A stretch of DNA of 64,000 bases, taken from assembly GCA_002699125.1 (NCBI GenBank), contig PABI01000032.1:15588-79587 (forward strand), in the 5' to 3' direction. Position numbers and translations under genes: made by a program. The notes beneath the pieces were generated by a model. It did no database searches and was not told the origin of the DNA. It saw nothing but the letters and a program-made list of their open reading frames with translations. Shown in pieces: positions 36,731 to 45,273 of this stretch. The stretch's first letter is position 1; the number at the start of each line of letters is the position of its first letter. The stretch comes from Anaerolineaceae bacterium (GTDB lineage: Bacteria > Chloroflexota > Anaerolineae > Promineifilales > Promineifilaceae).

Positions 36731-37525
36731 ATGCTGAAATCACTTTCCATCAAATCTTTATATGTGCTGGCACTGGCCGAAGGCGAGGGCGTGGGCACGG
36801 CGTATGAATATTTTGCCAAGCGACTGGTGTTGGCGCGCTGGCTGAAAAATCGGCAAGCGCAAGAGCGCAAGCCGCAGCGGCTGCTCATTGCCGGGCTGCC
36901 GGAGAAGTACGGCAGTAGCCTGGACTTTTTGCAGCTGGCGCAGGAGTTGGACGTCGAAGTTACCGTAGCGGATGAACGGCCGTCTGCCTTACAAAAGCTG
37001 CAAAATTCGTTGGCGACGGCGCAGGCGGAAGGGTGGTTAACGGCCGTATCCCCACAACTCATTTCTTTAACCCACCTGGCCGATTTAAGCCCAATCGACG
37101 AGCCGTTTGACTTGTGCCTGGGATCCGAAGGATTGCAGCGGTTAGACGCCGACCACCGGCCGGATTACGTGCGGCATGTGCAGCGATTGGCGTCCAGTGC
37201 GGCCCTGTTTGTCCCCAACGGTGACAACATGGCTCACACCAACATCAGCGGGCTGGCTGGCGTGACGCTGGCCGAGATGCAGCAGTTGCTGGGTAATGCC
37301 AAAACGGGTTACATCGACATGCCGCCCTTCCCGCCGGGCATCACCCGCAGCGACGAGCAGCGCGAGCAGGCGACCAGCGGCACGATGGAAGCAATGGCCA
37401 TGTGGGGATTGGGTTACTATGCGCGATTGGAACATTTTTTGCCAACGGCCGTGCGGCGCAAGCAGTCCCACATTGTTTACGCCCTGATGAATTTAGATAA
37501 AGAATTGGACACTGATAAACATTGA
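36731..37525 (+). CDS. Hypothetical protein, possibly Rossmann/methyltransferase-like
   Basis: 264-aa ORF starting 4 nt after the epimerase stop. LLIAGLPEKYGSSLD and DLCLGSEGLQRL weakly recall class I methyltransferase motifs. Low-confidence functional call. Confidence 0.55.
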   Translation: MLKSLSIKSLYVLALAEGEGVGTAYEYFAKRLVLARWLKNRQAQERKPQRLLIAGLPEKYGSSLDFLQLAQELDVEVTVADERPSALQKLQNSLATAQAEGWLTAVSPQLISLTHLADLSPIDEPFDLCLGSEGLQRLDADHRPDYVRHVQRLASSAALFVPNGDNMAHTNISGLAGVTLAEMQQLLGNAKTGYIDMPPFPPGITRSDEQREQATSGTMEAMAMWGLGYYARLEHFLPTAVRRKQSHIVYALMNLDKELDTDKH

Positions 37526-37574
37526 TTTTCACAGATTTGGACGAAAAATCAGTGGTTATCTGTGTTTATCAGTG
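37510..37574. repeat. Nested inverted word repeats (CACTGATA / CACAGAT ... ATCTGTG / TATCAGTG)
   Basis: cactgata at 37510-37517 and cacagat at 37530-37536 are mirrored by atctgtg at 37558-37564 and tatcagtg at 37567-37574. The cluster spans the stop of 36731-37525. Confidence 0.6.
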
Positions 37575-37606
37575 TCCTATTTAGAGACAAACAACGAAAC
37601 GCATTC

Positions 37607-39907
37607 ATGATGACTCAGATAAAAAACAGATTGCAGCGCATTGACCCCGGCTATTGGGTCGTTTTGGCGATCTGCCTGCTGGCGGTGTGGCCGTTTATTG
37701 GCCGGGCCAGCCTGCCGCAGCAGACGGATGCGGAGCTGCATATTTTTCGCCTGGCAGAGCTGAGCTTTTTGGTGCGCGGCGGCGAATTTTATCCACGATG
37801 GGCCCCCAACTTTTATCACGGTTACGGCTACCCTATCTTCAACTACTACGCGCCCTTGAGTTATTATGTTGGCCTGGTTTTTGAGCTGCTGCCTGGCCTG
37901 GATGCGGTGGCCGGGGTGAAGGCAGTGTTTGTACTGGGGCTGTTGGGAGCCGGATTCGGGATGTATGGGTTTGTGCGCGACAACTGGGGACGGCCGTCTG
38001 GCTATCTGGCGGCAGCAGTGTATGTGTATGCCCCGTATGTGCAGTATGTGGACCCCGTCGCCCGCGGTGCGCTGGCCGAAGCGTTTAGCCTGGGCGTGTT
38101 TCCGCTGGCGCTGTGGGCGTTGGACCGCTTGCGGCGGCAGCCAACCTGGGGGCGCTGGGTGACGGCCGTTCTCCTCATCGTTGCCGTTATTTTAAGCCAC
38201 AACCTGATGGCCCTGCTCTTTTTTGGCCTGTTGGCAGCCTGGGTGCTTTGGCAAACCATCGTCCGTCAGGCGGATACTGCTGGACTGCGCTGGCTGTGGG
38301 CGGCGTTGGGGCTGGGGTTGGGAATGGCCGCCTTCTTCTGGCTGCCCGTTTTACTGGAGCGCAACGCCGTTAATCTGGATACGCTAATTGGTGCCGGGGA
38401 CAATTACGACTTCCGTACCCACTTTTTAAGCTGGGGCGAGATGCTGGCCGCCACGCTGCGCCTCGATTGGGGCGCAACGGAGCCGGTGTTCCGTTTTAAT
38501 TTGGGGCTGGCCCAGTGGATTTTAGGCGGCGCGGGACTCATTTTATTGCTGCTGCGGCGTGTAAAGCAGGCCAGGCAGGTGCTGTTTTTTGCGTTGGCAA
38601 CGGCCGTTCTCGTTTTTATGCTGCTGCCCGCCTCTACCTTTTTGTGGGAGGCGACGCCTTTTTTGCCTTTTTTCCAATTCCCCTGGCGGCTGCTGGGCGG
38701 CACGGTAGCCATGCTGGCCGTTCTGGCTGGTGCCGGGGTAAAGGCTGTGCAGACAAATTGGCCTAAGCTGCGGGGATGGGGCACGGTTACGGCCGTTACC
38801 TTTTGTCTCCTTACCGCGCTGCCTCTCACCCAACCGGCACCCTGGCCTGACTTCGGCGATGTGTTCCCCTTGCGCATGTCGCTCATCGAAAATTCCGGGC
38901 GCTGGCTGGGAACCACCTCCACCGCCGACTACGTCCCGGCAACGGTGGACATCATTCCCGAGCGCAAAGGCAGCGTAGTGGTGGGCTTTATCAATGAGGA
39001 ACCGCTGGATCGCGTGAACCGGGCGACGCTGCCCGGCGGTGCGGAGGTAATCCATGAAGAGGTAAGCCCGCTCCATTTGCGCTTTAACGTGAACTCGCCA
39101 GAAAAATTCCTGCTGCGCCTTTTCCTTTTCCAGTTTCCGGGTTGGACGGTGACTGTAGACGGCGCGCTGGTGAAGCCAGAATTGGCCCGCCCGGAAGGCT
39201 TCATGGCCATCCCGGTGCCCGCCGGTGAGCACATGGTGGATGTACAGTTCCGCGATACGCCGCCGCGCCAGATTGCCTGGGCGATAACGGCCGTTTCTCT
39301 TTTGCTTATGGCGGTAGGCGGCTGGCGCTTGCGCCAAAATGAGGGCAAATTTAGCCTGCCGGACCAACTGACGATGACCGACTGGCGCGTTTTAGGGGCG
39401 GCGCTGCTGGTTTCGGCCATCACGCTGCTGATTCTTGGCCCATTGCAGCTGCTTCATTACAATTCCACCGGCTACGTGGCGGAACCGGCACAGGTCGATC
39501 GCCTGGATGATTTTGGTGGCCAGATTGCTTTGATTGGTTTTGATGCGTCGGCAGAAACGGCCGTGCCCGGTGAGCAGGTGACCGTGACCCTGTACTGGCA
39601 GGCTCAAACCAGCATGGCCATTAATTTCCAAAGCTTTGTGCACCTGCTGCGGCCCGATGGCTCATTGGCGGCACAGTCAGACCACCTGAATCCGGGCGAA
39701 TTTCCCACCCGCCGCTGGCCGCTTGACAAATATGTGCGTGATGTCCACATCCTACAACTGCCGCCTGATTTGCCCCCCGGCGAATACCAGCTCACGGCTG
39801 GACTATGGGTGCAAACCGAGGGCTGGCGCTTGCCGCTGCTGGATGCCAACGGCAATCAGGTAGATGATAAGGCAGCACTTTTTACTTTGACAGTCGTCGA
39901 TGACTGA
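37607..39907 (+). CDS. PTPS-related-family GT-C-like membrane protein with shared C-terminal domain
   Basis: Start moved to ATG 37607. ELHIFRLAELSFLVRGGEFYPRWAPNFYHGYGYPIFNYYAPLSYY matches my memory of the '6-pyruvoyl-tetrahydropterin synthase-related' membrane protein family. Shared C-terminal domain at 39506-39904. Confidence 0.8.
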   Translation: MMTQIKNRLQRIDPGYWVVLAICLLAVWPFIGRASLPQQTDAELHIFRLAELSFLVRGGEFYPRWAPNFYHGYGYPIFNYYAPLSYYVGLVFELLPGLDAVAGVKAVFVLGLLGAGFGMYGFVRDNWGRPSGYLAAAVYVYAPYVQYVDPVARGALAEAFSLGVFPLALWALDRLRRQPTWGRWVTAVLLIVAVILSHNLMALLFFGLLAAWVLWQTIVRQADTAGLRWLWAALGLGLGMAAFFWLPVLLERNAVNLDTLIGAGDNYDFRTHFLSWGEMLAATLRLDWGATEPVFRFNLGLAQWILGGAGLILLLLRRVKQARQVLFFALATAVLVFMLLPASTFLWEATPFLPFFQFPWRLLGGTVAMLAVLAGAGVKAVQTNWPKLRGWGTVTAVTFCLLTALPLTQPAPWPDFGDVFPLRMSLIENSGRWLGTTSTADYVPATVDIIPERKGSVVVGFINEEPLDRVNRATLPGGAEVIHEEVSPLHLRFNVNSPEKFLLRLFLFQFPGWTVTVDGALVKPELARPEGFMAIPVPAGEHMVDVQFRDTPPRQIAWAITAVSLLLMAVGGWRLRQNEGKFSLPDQLTMTDWRVLGAALLVSAITLLILGPLQLLHYNSTGYVAEPAQVDRLDDFGGQIALIGFDASAETAVPGEQVTVTLYWQAQTSMAINFQSFVHLLRPDGSLAAQSDHLNPGEFPTRRWPLDKYVRDVHILQLPPDLPPGEYQLTAGLWVQTEGWRLPLLDANGNQVDDKAALFTLTVVDD

Positions 39908-39985
39908 TGGCGTCACTACTTGCCATCGGCAACTCATTTCGCACAGTATGACACTTTTACGCAATGGTGAACTATCTTTGAAAAG

Positions 39986-42262
39986 ATGTCCTCACTTCTG
40001 ATGAACTTCTATCGCAAACGGCCGTTCTTGAGTCTGACCCTCATTTTTACGCTGCTGGCGGTGCTTTTCCTGCACCGGGTGCTGTTTCCGGCCGAGGGGA
40101 TGGCACTGGCGGGGCTGGATGCGCGCAGCTTGTTTTATCCGTGGTGGGAATTTGCGCGGACGGCCGTACGCTCCGGCCATCTTCCCCTGTGGGATGCCAA
40201 CAGCTTTAGCGGCTACCCTTTTTTGAGCAATCCGCAGGTAGCTCTGTTTTATCCGTTGAACTGGCCGCTGCTCCTGCTGCCGGTGCGCTTTGCCCTCAGC
40301 TGGCACGTGCTCATTCATCTGGTGGTGGCCGGGCTGGGAATGTTTTTACTGGTGCAGCACCTCAGTGGCAGTCGTGCCGGAGCGTGGTTGGCGGCGCTGA
40401 CGTTTGCCTTTAGCGGTTTTATTGCGGCGCGAATTTGGGCAGGACACATTGGCCTCCTTGCTACGGACGTGTGGCTGCCCTGGCTGCTGCTGGGCACAGC
40501 GTGGAGCGTCCAGCGGCGGAGTGTCTGGTCGGCGATCATCGCCGGCGTGCCGCTGGCCCTGGCGATTTTGGCCGGGCACACGACCTCACTGCTGTACATC
40601 GGGTTGATCTGGGGGCTGTTTGCCATTTATCAGTTATGGGTTAACCACAACCGCTGGCTCGTTGTGCGGCAGATGGCGATTATGACAGTGCTGGGTCTTT
40701 TGCTGGCCGGGGTACAGCTGGTGCCGCTGGCCGAATTTTCTTCCGTTTCCTCCCGCGCCGCCGAACCAACCTTTGAATTTGCCACGGCGTATTCATTGCC
40801 ACCATCGCACATCATCACCTGGCTGCTGCCGGAATTTTTTGGCGAGCCAACGCGGGCCGGCTACTGGAGCGTGCCCGCGTTTGACGAGCTGACTTACTAT
40901 GTTGGACTATTGCCACTGCTGGGAGTGGCAATAGCGCTGCGTAAACCATCGAAATTGGGCTGGTTTTATCTGGCGCTGGTTGTGCTGGGCTTTTTGCTGG
41001 CGCTGGGCAGCTACGGTTTTCTCTACGGCATCTTTTACGATTTGCTGCCGCCGTTCCGCCTGGCGCGGGCACCGGGGCGGGCGGCGTTTTTGCTGGTGTT
41101 TGCCCTGCCGGCGCTGCTGGGTGAAGCAGTGGCTCGATGGGAGCAGGTTGATTGGGGCGAGAAGCAGGTTGGTTTTATGCGCTGGCTGGTGGGGGGAACG
41201 GCCGTTGCCATCCTAACTTCTTTAGCCGCCACCGGGGCAGTGTTTGCGGCGCAACATCCCACAGGGACAAGCGGCCGTTTATGGCATCAACTTGGTGGGT
41301 GGGGAATTGCGCTAATTGGTGTGGTGGCTGGCGGTTGGCTGCTTGGGCGGTTTTTTGCCGAGAGGGATGCAGCGAAGAAAAAATGGTGGTTGGGCGGATT
41401 AACGCTGCTGCTGTTGGCCGATTTGTGGATCTTTGGCTTTAAATTGGTGCAGGTGGGGGGAACGGCCGTTGATCCGCTGTGGACTGATGCTAAACAAATC
41501 ATTGGTGAGACGGAGCTGCGGGTGCTGCCCTGGGGCATCTCCATTTTTGAGCAGAACGGCGCAGCACAGGTGGGTTTGGACTCTGTGTTTGGCTACAACG
41601 CGCTGGAGGTAGGGGCCAACATCGCTTTTGCCTCGTCGGTGCCCGATCCGCGCTCCACGGCATACGATATTTTGGGCGCGGGCACTGTTGTGTCCACGGC
41701 GCCGCTGCAAGGTGTTGAGGATGGGGAACGGCCGTTGCAGCTTTTAGGCAATACGGCGCGCGTCTGGGTTTACCAGCGGGGACGCACTTTGCCCCTGGCC
41801 CGGTTGGTGACCCAGGTAGAAATCATTCCCGATGCGGCCCAGGCTACAGCTCGCGTGCACCAGCCTGATTTTGACCCCGTAACCACAGCAATTTTAGAAG
41901 CAGAGCCGGATTGTGTTTTACCGGGCGGTGTTAGCGAGGGAACGCCTGCACTGAGCGGGGCCGAAGTGGCCGTTATCAGCGAAAAGGCCAACGGCTTCTG
42001 GCAAATTCAAACGAACAGCCCCACGCCGGCACTGTTGGTTCTAAGCGAGACGGCCTATCCGGGTTGGCGGGTGTATGTTGACGGGGTAGAACAAGAATGG
42101 CAGATAGCGTATACGGCCGTGCGCGCCACCTGTGTCCCAGCCGGGGAACACACAATCGAATGGCGCTACCAGCCGCGCAGCTATATGTTTGGCGGATTGT
42201 TGTCGCTGTTGGGATTGGTTTTGGTGGGAACGGCCGTTTTTATGGGGAGGCGTAAATCATGA
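39986..42262 (+). CDS. YfhO-family GT-C membrane protein
   Basis: SFSGYPFLSNPQVALFYPLNW near the N-terminus. The C-terminal ETAYPGWRVYVDGVEQEW...VPAGEHTIEWRYQP is typical of YfhO. Confidence 0.85.
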   Translation: MSSLLMNFYRKRPFLSLTLIFTLLAVLFLHRVLFPAEGMALAGLDARSLFYPWWEFARTAVRSGHLPLWDANSFSGYPFLSNPQVALFYPLNWPLLLLPVRFALSWHVLIHLVVAGLGMFLLVQHLSGSRAGAWLAALTFAFSGFIAARIWAGHIGLLATDVWLPWLLLGTAWSVQRRSVWSAIIAGVPLALAILAGHTTSLLYIGLIWGLFAIYQLWVNHNRWLVVRQMAIMTVLGLLLAGVQLVPLAEFSSVSSRAAEPTFEFATAYSLPPSHIITWLLPEFFGEPTRAGYWSVPAFDELTYYVGLLPLLGVAIALRKPSKLGWFYLALVVLGFLLALGSYGFLYGIFYDLLPPFRLARAPGRAAFLLVFALPALLGEAVARWEQVDWGEKQVGFMRWLVGGTAVAILTSLAATGAVFAAQHPTGTSGRLWHQLGGWGIALIGVVAGGWLLGRFFAERDAAKKKWWLGGLTLLLLADLWIFGFKLVQVGGTAVDPLWTDAKQIIGETELRVLPWGISIFEQNGAAQVGLDSVFGYNALEVGANIAFASSVPDPRSTAYDILGAGTVVSTAPLQGVEDGERPLQLLGNTARVWVYQRGRTLPLARLVTQVEIIPDAAQATARVHQPDFDPVTTAILEAEPDCVLPGGVSEGTPALSGAEVAVISEKANGFWQIQTNSPTPALLVLSETAYPGWRVYVDGVEQEWQIAYTAVRATCVPAGEHTIEWRYQPRSYMFGGLLSLLGLVLVGTAVFMGRRKS

Positions 42263-42453
42263 ATGGAAACAAACGAGCAGACATCAAAATCGGTCAGCAC
42301 GTGGCTATTGTGTTGAAGCAAGATCAGCGCAGCGGCAAACGTACTGAAGGCGTAGTGCAAGCGATCCTTACTAAATCGGCCACGCATCCCCACGGCATCA
42401 AGGTGCGCCTGAAAAGCGGTGCCGTTGGGCGCGTAAAAGAGATTTTGGAATAG
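42259..42453 (+). CDS. YwbE-family small conserved protein
   Basis: ATGA overlap with the YfhO gene. DIKIGQHVAIVLKQDQRSGKRTEGVVQAILTKSATHPHGIKVRL closely resembles Bacillus YwbE as I remember it. Confidence 0.8.
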   Translation: MNGNKRADIKIGQHVAIVLKQDQRSGKRTEGVVQAILTKSATHPHGIKVRLKSGAVGRVKEILE

Positions 42454-42559
42454 TTCCGGGCAAAATCTAAGCAAATCTACTCTTTTTGACCAAATTTAAC
42501 TTCAATAAGGTATAATCGGTGCATTAGTTTAGCGACATCGGCCCCAATTGTTTACCTTT

Positions 42560-43867
42560 ATGGAATCGAATTTACAGTCTGTAGAACGAGCCCAGCTTCG
42601 CGACTTTTTAGTCAACCACTTTGGCCAGGATGAACTGGAACTGCTCGCTTTCGACCTTGGTGTGGATTATGAGCTGCTGAGCTACCACAACAAGCAGAAG
42701 CTTTCGCTGGAGTTGGTGGCTTACTTTGAGCGCCGCAATCGTCTTGGCTGTCTCTTAAACGAGGTAATTTGCCGTCGCCCGCTCAACAATCTAACGCACC
42801 TGCTGGAAAAAGTGCCTGCGTGCGCGCCCCTCACCAAAATCCAGATCATCAGCCACGCCAGCCCGGAAATCAGTGAAGAGATTGAAACTTTTTTGGAATA
42901 TCTGGCGCAAAAGCATGGTCTTAGCCGTGAAGAAATGAGCCTGATTGCCGTTGCCCAGGGCAGCTTGTATTTACTGCTTGGCCTGCCAGAGGCCAAGGCG
43001 CGTGCCCTGCAAAATTCTGGCAATGAATCGGTTGGTGACACTTTTGAAGCTACCGTTTTTGCTTCATTGTCTGGGCGCAGCCGGAATATTTGGCGCATGG
43101 TTGCTCTGGAATGGCCACCGGTCCTATCGCAAAATAAGCTGCTGCCCCGTATCACCTGGCAAAAAGCGGCCGAAATTCAACGGCTCAAAGAAAAAGACGA
43201 GCTGCTGCGTCGGCTGGTGGCCGGGAATCGATTTGGGGCACATGGTACGCGGACTACCCTGGCGGCATTGAGCGGCTACGCGCAGCTGTTGTCTTTAACG
43301 GCCGTTCCCGGTGACAAGCAGGCAAGCTACATAGACAAACTGGTTCAGGCGTCTGACGATTTGTCGGAAAGCCTGACCATTTTGCACAGCCTCATTGGTG
43401 CCAGAGAAGAGGTAGTTGCGATTCAGTCCGTGCTGCAATATTTGCTGCCAGATGTGACCCCCATTGCCGAGCAGTCCGGCATTCAACTGGACTTAGACGT
43501 GGCAGCCGGGCTGAGCACCAGCCAGCAGCACATCCGCTGTAATCTGGTTTTGTTGGCCCAATCAGTTCGGGCGCTGGTGCGCCAGGCGGTTTTTCGTGCG
43601 GGGGAAAACGGCCGTATCCAGCTCTCAGCCAGCCTGGAGGGCAATCAATTTGTGATTCAGGTACAAGATGAGGGTGAACCTATTCCTGCGGAGATAGCGG
43701 ACGCCGTTTTTGAACCGCAAGGGCAAGTCCATGATCCTGCCCAGGCTGGCAACAGTTTGAGCCTGGCTCTGGTGAAAATGTTGATTGAGCAAATGGACGG
43801 CAATATTTGGTTTGATCCAGGTGCCGGGCCGGGCAATACGTTTGGTGTTTCGTTTCCAGTAAGCTAG
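42560..43867 (+). CDS. Orphan histidine-kinase-like protein with EAD-like (death-like) N-terminal domain
   Basis: The N-terminal ~80 aa (ERAQLRDFLVNHFGQDELELLAFDLGVDYELLSYHNKQKLSLELVAYFERRNRLGCLLNEVICRRP) fits the effector-associated-domain pattern. DHp H-box AHGTRTTLAALSGYAQLL. The HATPase region has weak N and G2 boxes (no N-box Asn; GNSLSLAL). No TM segment and no adjacent response regulator. Confidence 0.75.
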   Translation: MESNLQSVERAQLRDFLVNHFGQDELELLAFDLGVDYELLSYHNKQKLSLELVAYFERRNRLGCLLNEVICRRPLNNLTHLLEKVPACAPLTKIQIISHASPEISEEIETFLEYLAQKHGLSREEMSLIAVAQGSLYLLLGLPEAKARALQNSGNESVGDTFEATVFASLSGRSRNIWRMVALEWPPVLSQNKLLPRITWQKAAEIQRLKEKDELLRRLVAGNRFGAHGTRTTLAALSGYAQLLSLTAVPGDKQASYIDKLVQASDDLSESLTILHSLIGAREEVVAIQSVLQYLLPDVTPIAEQSGIQLDLDVAAGLSTSQQHIRCNLVLLAQSVRALVRQAVFRAGENGRIQLSASLEGNQFVIQVQDEGEPIPAEIADAVFEPQGQVHDPAQAGNSLSLALVKMLIEQMDGNIWFDPGAGPGNTFGVSFPVS

Positions 43868-43881
43868 CTTCAGCGTGCTGT

Positions 43882-45144
43882 TTAAGGTGAATGACCTTCT
43901 TGCCAGTCGCGCAGGGTGGCGTCGGGCGGCAGGGTAATGCCGATCTGGTAGGTGAAATTTGGTGGATAGGTCATTTGCGTGCCCTGAGCGTTTTGGTAGG
44001 TGAGCCAATCCCCATCTGGACTCCAGATTGCATTTTGACCACCGATGTAATGCTCACTGCTGCCATCGGCTGCCACTGCCCACAAACCTTGTGTTGCCGG
44101 GTCCATTGAGAGCACTTCGTATGCCAGCCAGCGGCCATCGGGGCTCCATACCGGCGGCGAAAACCAGCCATCCCGGCCCAAAATGTCACTGTAAGGATGC
44201 AACAGCTGTGCCTGTCGCTGTGCCAGATTGAACACGCCCAGCACGACTGCCGGCGGTTCGTCTGGCGCGGTTGTGTCGGCCAGGACCATCACCCAGGCCA
44301 GCTTTTGGCTGTCTGGGGACCAGGCGGGTGCGCCGATGGCGCGCAGTTCCAGCGTTTCGGACAAGCCGTATGCATACGGATCAAATTGTGTTGTTTCGGT
44401 TGTCATTTGTACCCAAGCCTCCTGTGTTTGCAATTCAAAAGCAAAACTAATGCCGTTGGGGGCTGTGGCCAATGGTGACCTGCTCTTGCGGTTTTGGGAT
44501 GGCCCCAACAAGTTAATTTCGTTGGTCGTTAAATCGAGCTGCGCCAGAAAACGGCCGTCTGCTCCCGGTTCTATGCCTATAAATATTGCATCTGGTTGGC
44601 CGGGCCACCATTGCGGGCAGCATTCTGTCTGGCCGGTTGTGTTGGTGAGATTGGTCGTTTGGCCACTGCTCAGTTCCGTCAGCCACACATCCCCTTCGCG
44701 CACGGTGAGCAGGCGACGGCCGTTTGGCTCCAATACGGCCGTGGGGTCATCAAATAAAAACTGTGGCTGCCAATCGGCCCCTATTTGCCACAAGCCGTCT
44801 GCGCTGCCGTACACCATGCCAGGAAAGGATGGTGCCGGCGTGGGGGTGTAGGGCGTGGCCGGTGGCCAGGGTGTGGTGGTGAGTTCGTTGCGGGGAACGG
44901 CCGTTTGTGCTGCGAACGGTGTTGTGGTTAGCGTAGGTGTAGGTGTTCCTGTTGCCGTTGCCCTTGCTGTGGGCGAGGCCGTGGGTCGAGCCACCGTTAC
45001 GACCTCTTGCGGCGCTTCGCCCGCCACTTGCTCAGAGAGTGCCGGTTCCGGGTCTGTGGGCAGGCAGGCGCTTAAAATGAGCAGAATGCTCACTGCCAGT
45101 GGGATGAGCCATTGCAAATGTTTAAGAAGAACATTTTGAGTCAT
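43882..45144 (-). CDS. PD40/TolB-like beta-propeller lipoprotein
   Basis: Start preferred at M14 (MTQNVLLKHLQWLIPLAVSILLILSAC, lipobox-like LSAC). Repeats WSPDGRWLAY, WSPDGDWLTY, WSPDSQKLAW. Confidence 0.8.
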   Translation of the reverse strand: MTQNVLLKHLQWLIPLAVSILLILSACLPTDPEPALSEQVAGEAPQEVVTVARPTASPTARATATGTPTPTLTTTPFAAQTAVPRNELTTTPWPPATPYTPTPAPSFPGMVYGSADGLWQIGADWQPQFLFDDPTAVLEPNGRRLLTVREGDVWLTELSSGQTTNLTNTTGQTECCPQWWPGQPDAIFIGIEPGADGRFLAQLDLTTNEINLLGPSQNRKSRSPLATAPNGISFAFELQTQEAWVQMTTETTQFDPYAYGLSETLELRAIGAPAWSPDSQKLAWVMVLADTTAPDEPPAVVLGVFNLAQRQAQLLHPYSDILGRDGWFSPPVWSPDGRWLAYEVLSMDPATQGLWAVAADGSSEHYIGGQNAIWSPDGDWLTYQNAQGTQMTYPPNFTYQIGITLPPDATLRDWQEGHSP

Positions 45145-45273
45145 GGGATTGCTTCCAGGACAAATTGATTGATAATCAATCAAGAATCAGATCAGGTATT
45201 TCAATCATATCCAGCATATCCAGAAAGTAGCAATCGGGCTGAACGCAATTGCCATGACTGCTTTTTGTTTACC

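Noticed and set aside
38543-39367. 274-aa minus-strand ORF. Similar antisense or off-frame ORFs occur at 21656-22447, 50719-51369, 28029-28679, 34237-34884, 4313-5002, 15369-15905 and 29050-29658.
   Set aside because: All lie inside well-supported sense genes (GT-C proteins, dprA, methyltransferase, radical SAM). Their composition is biased to R/Q/H/P/G, and none has a recognisable domain.
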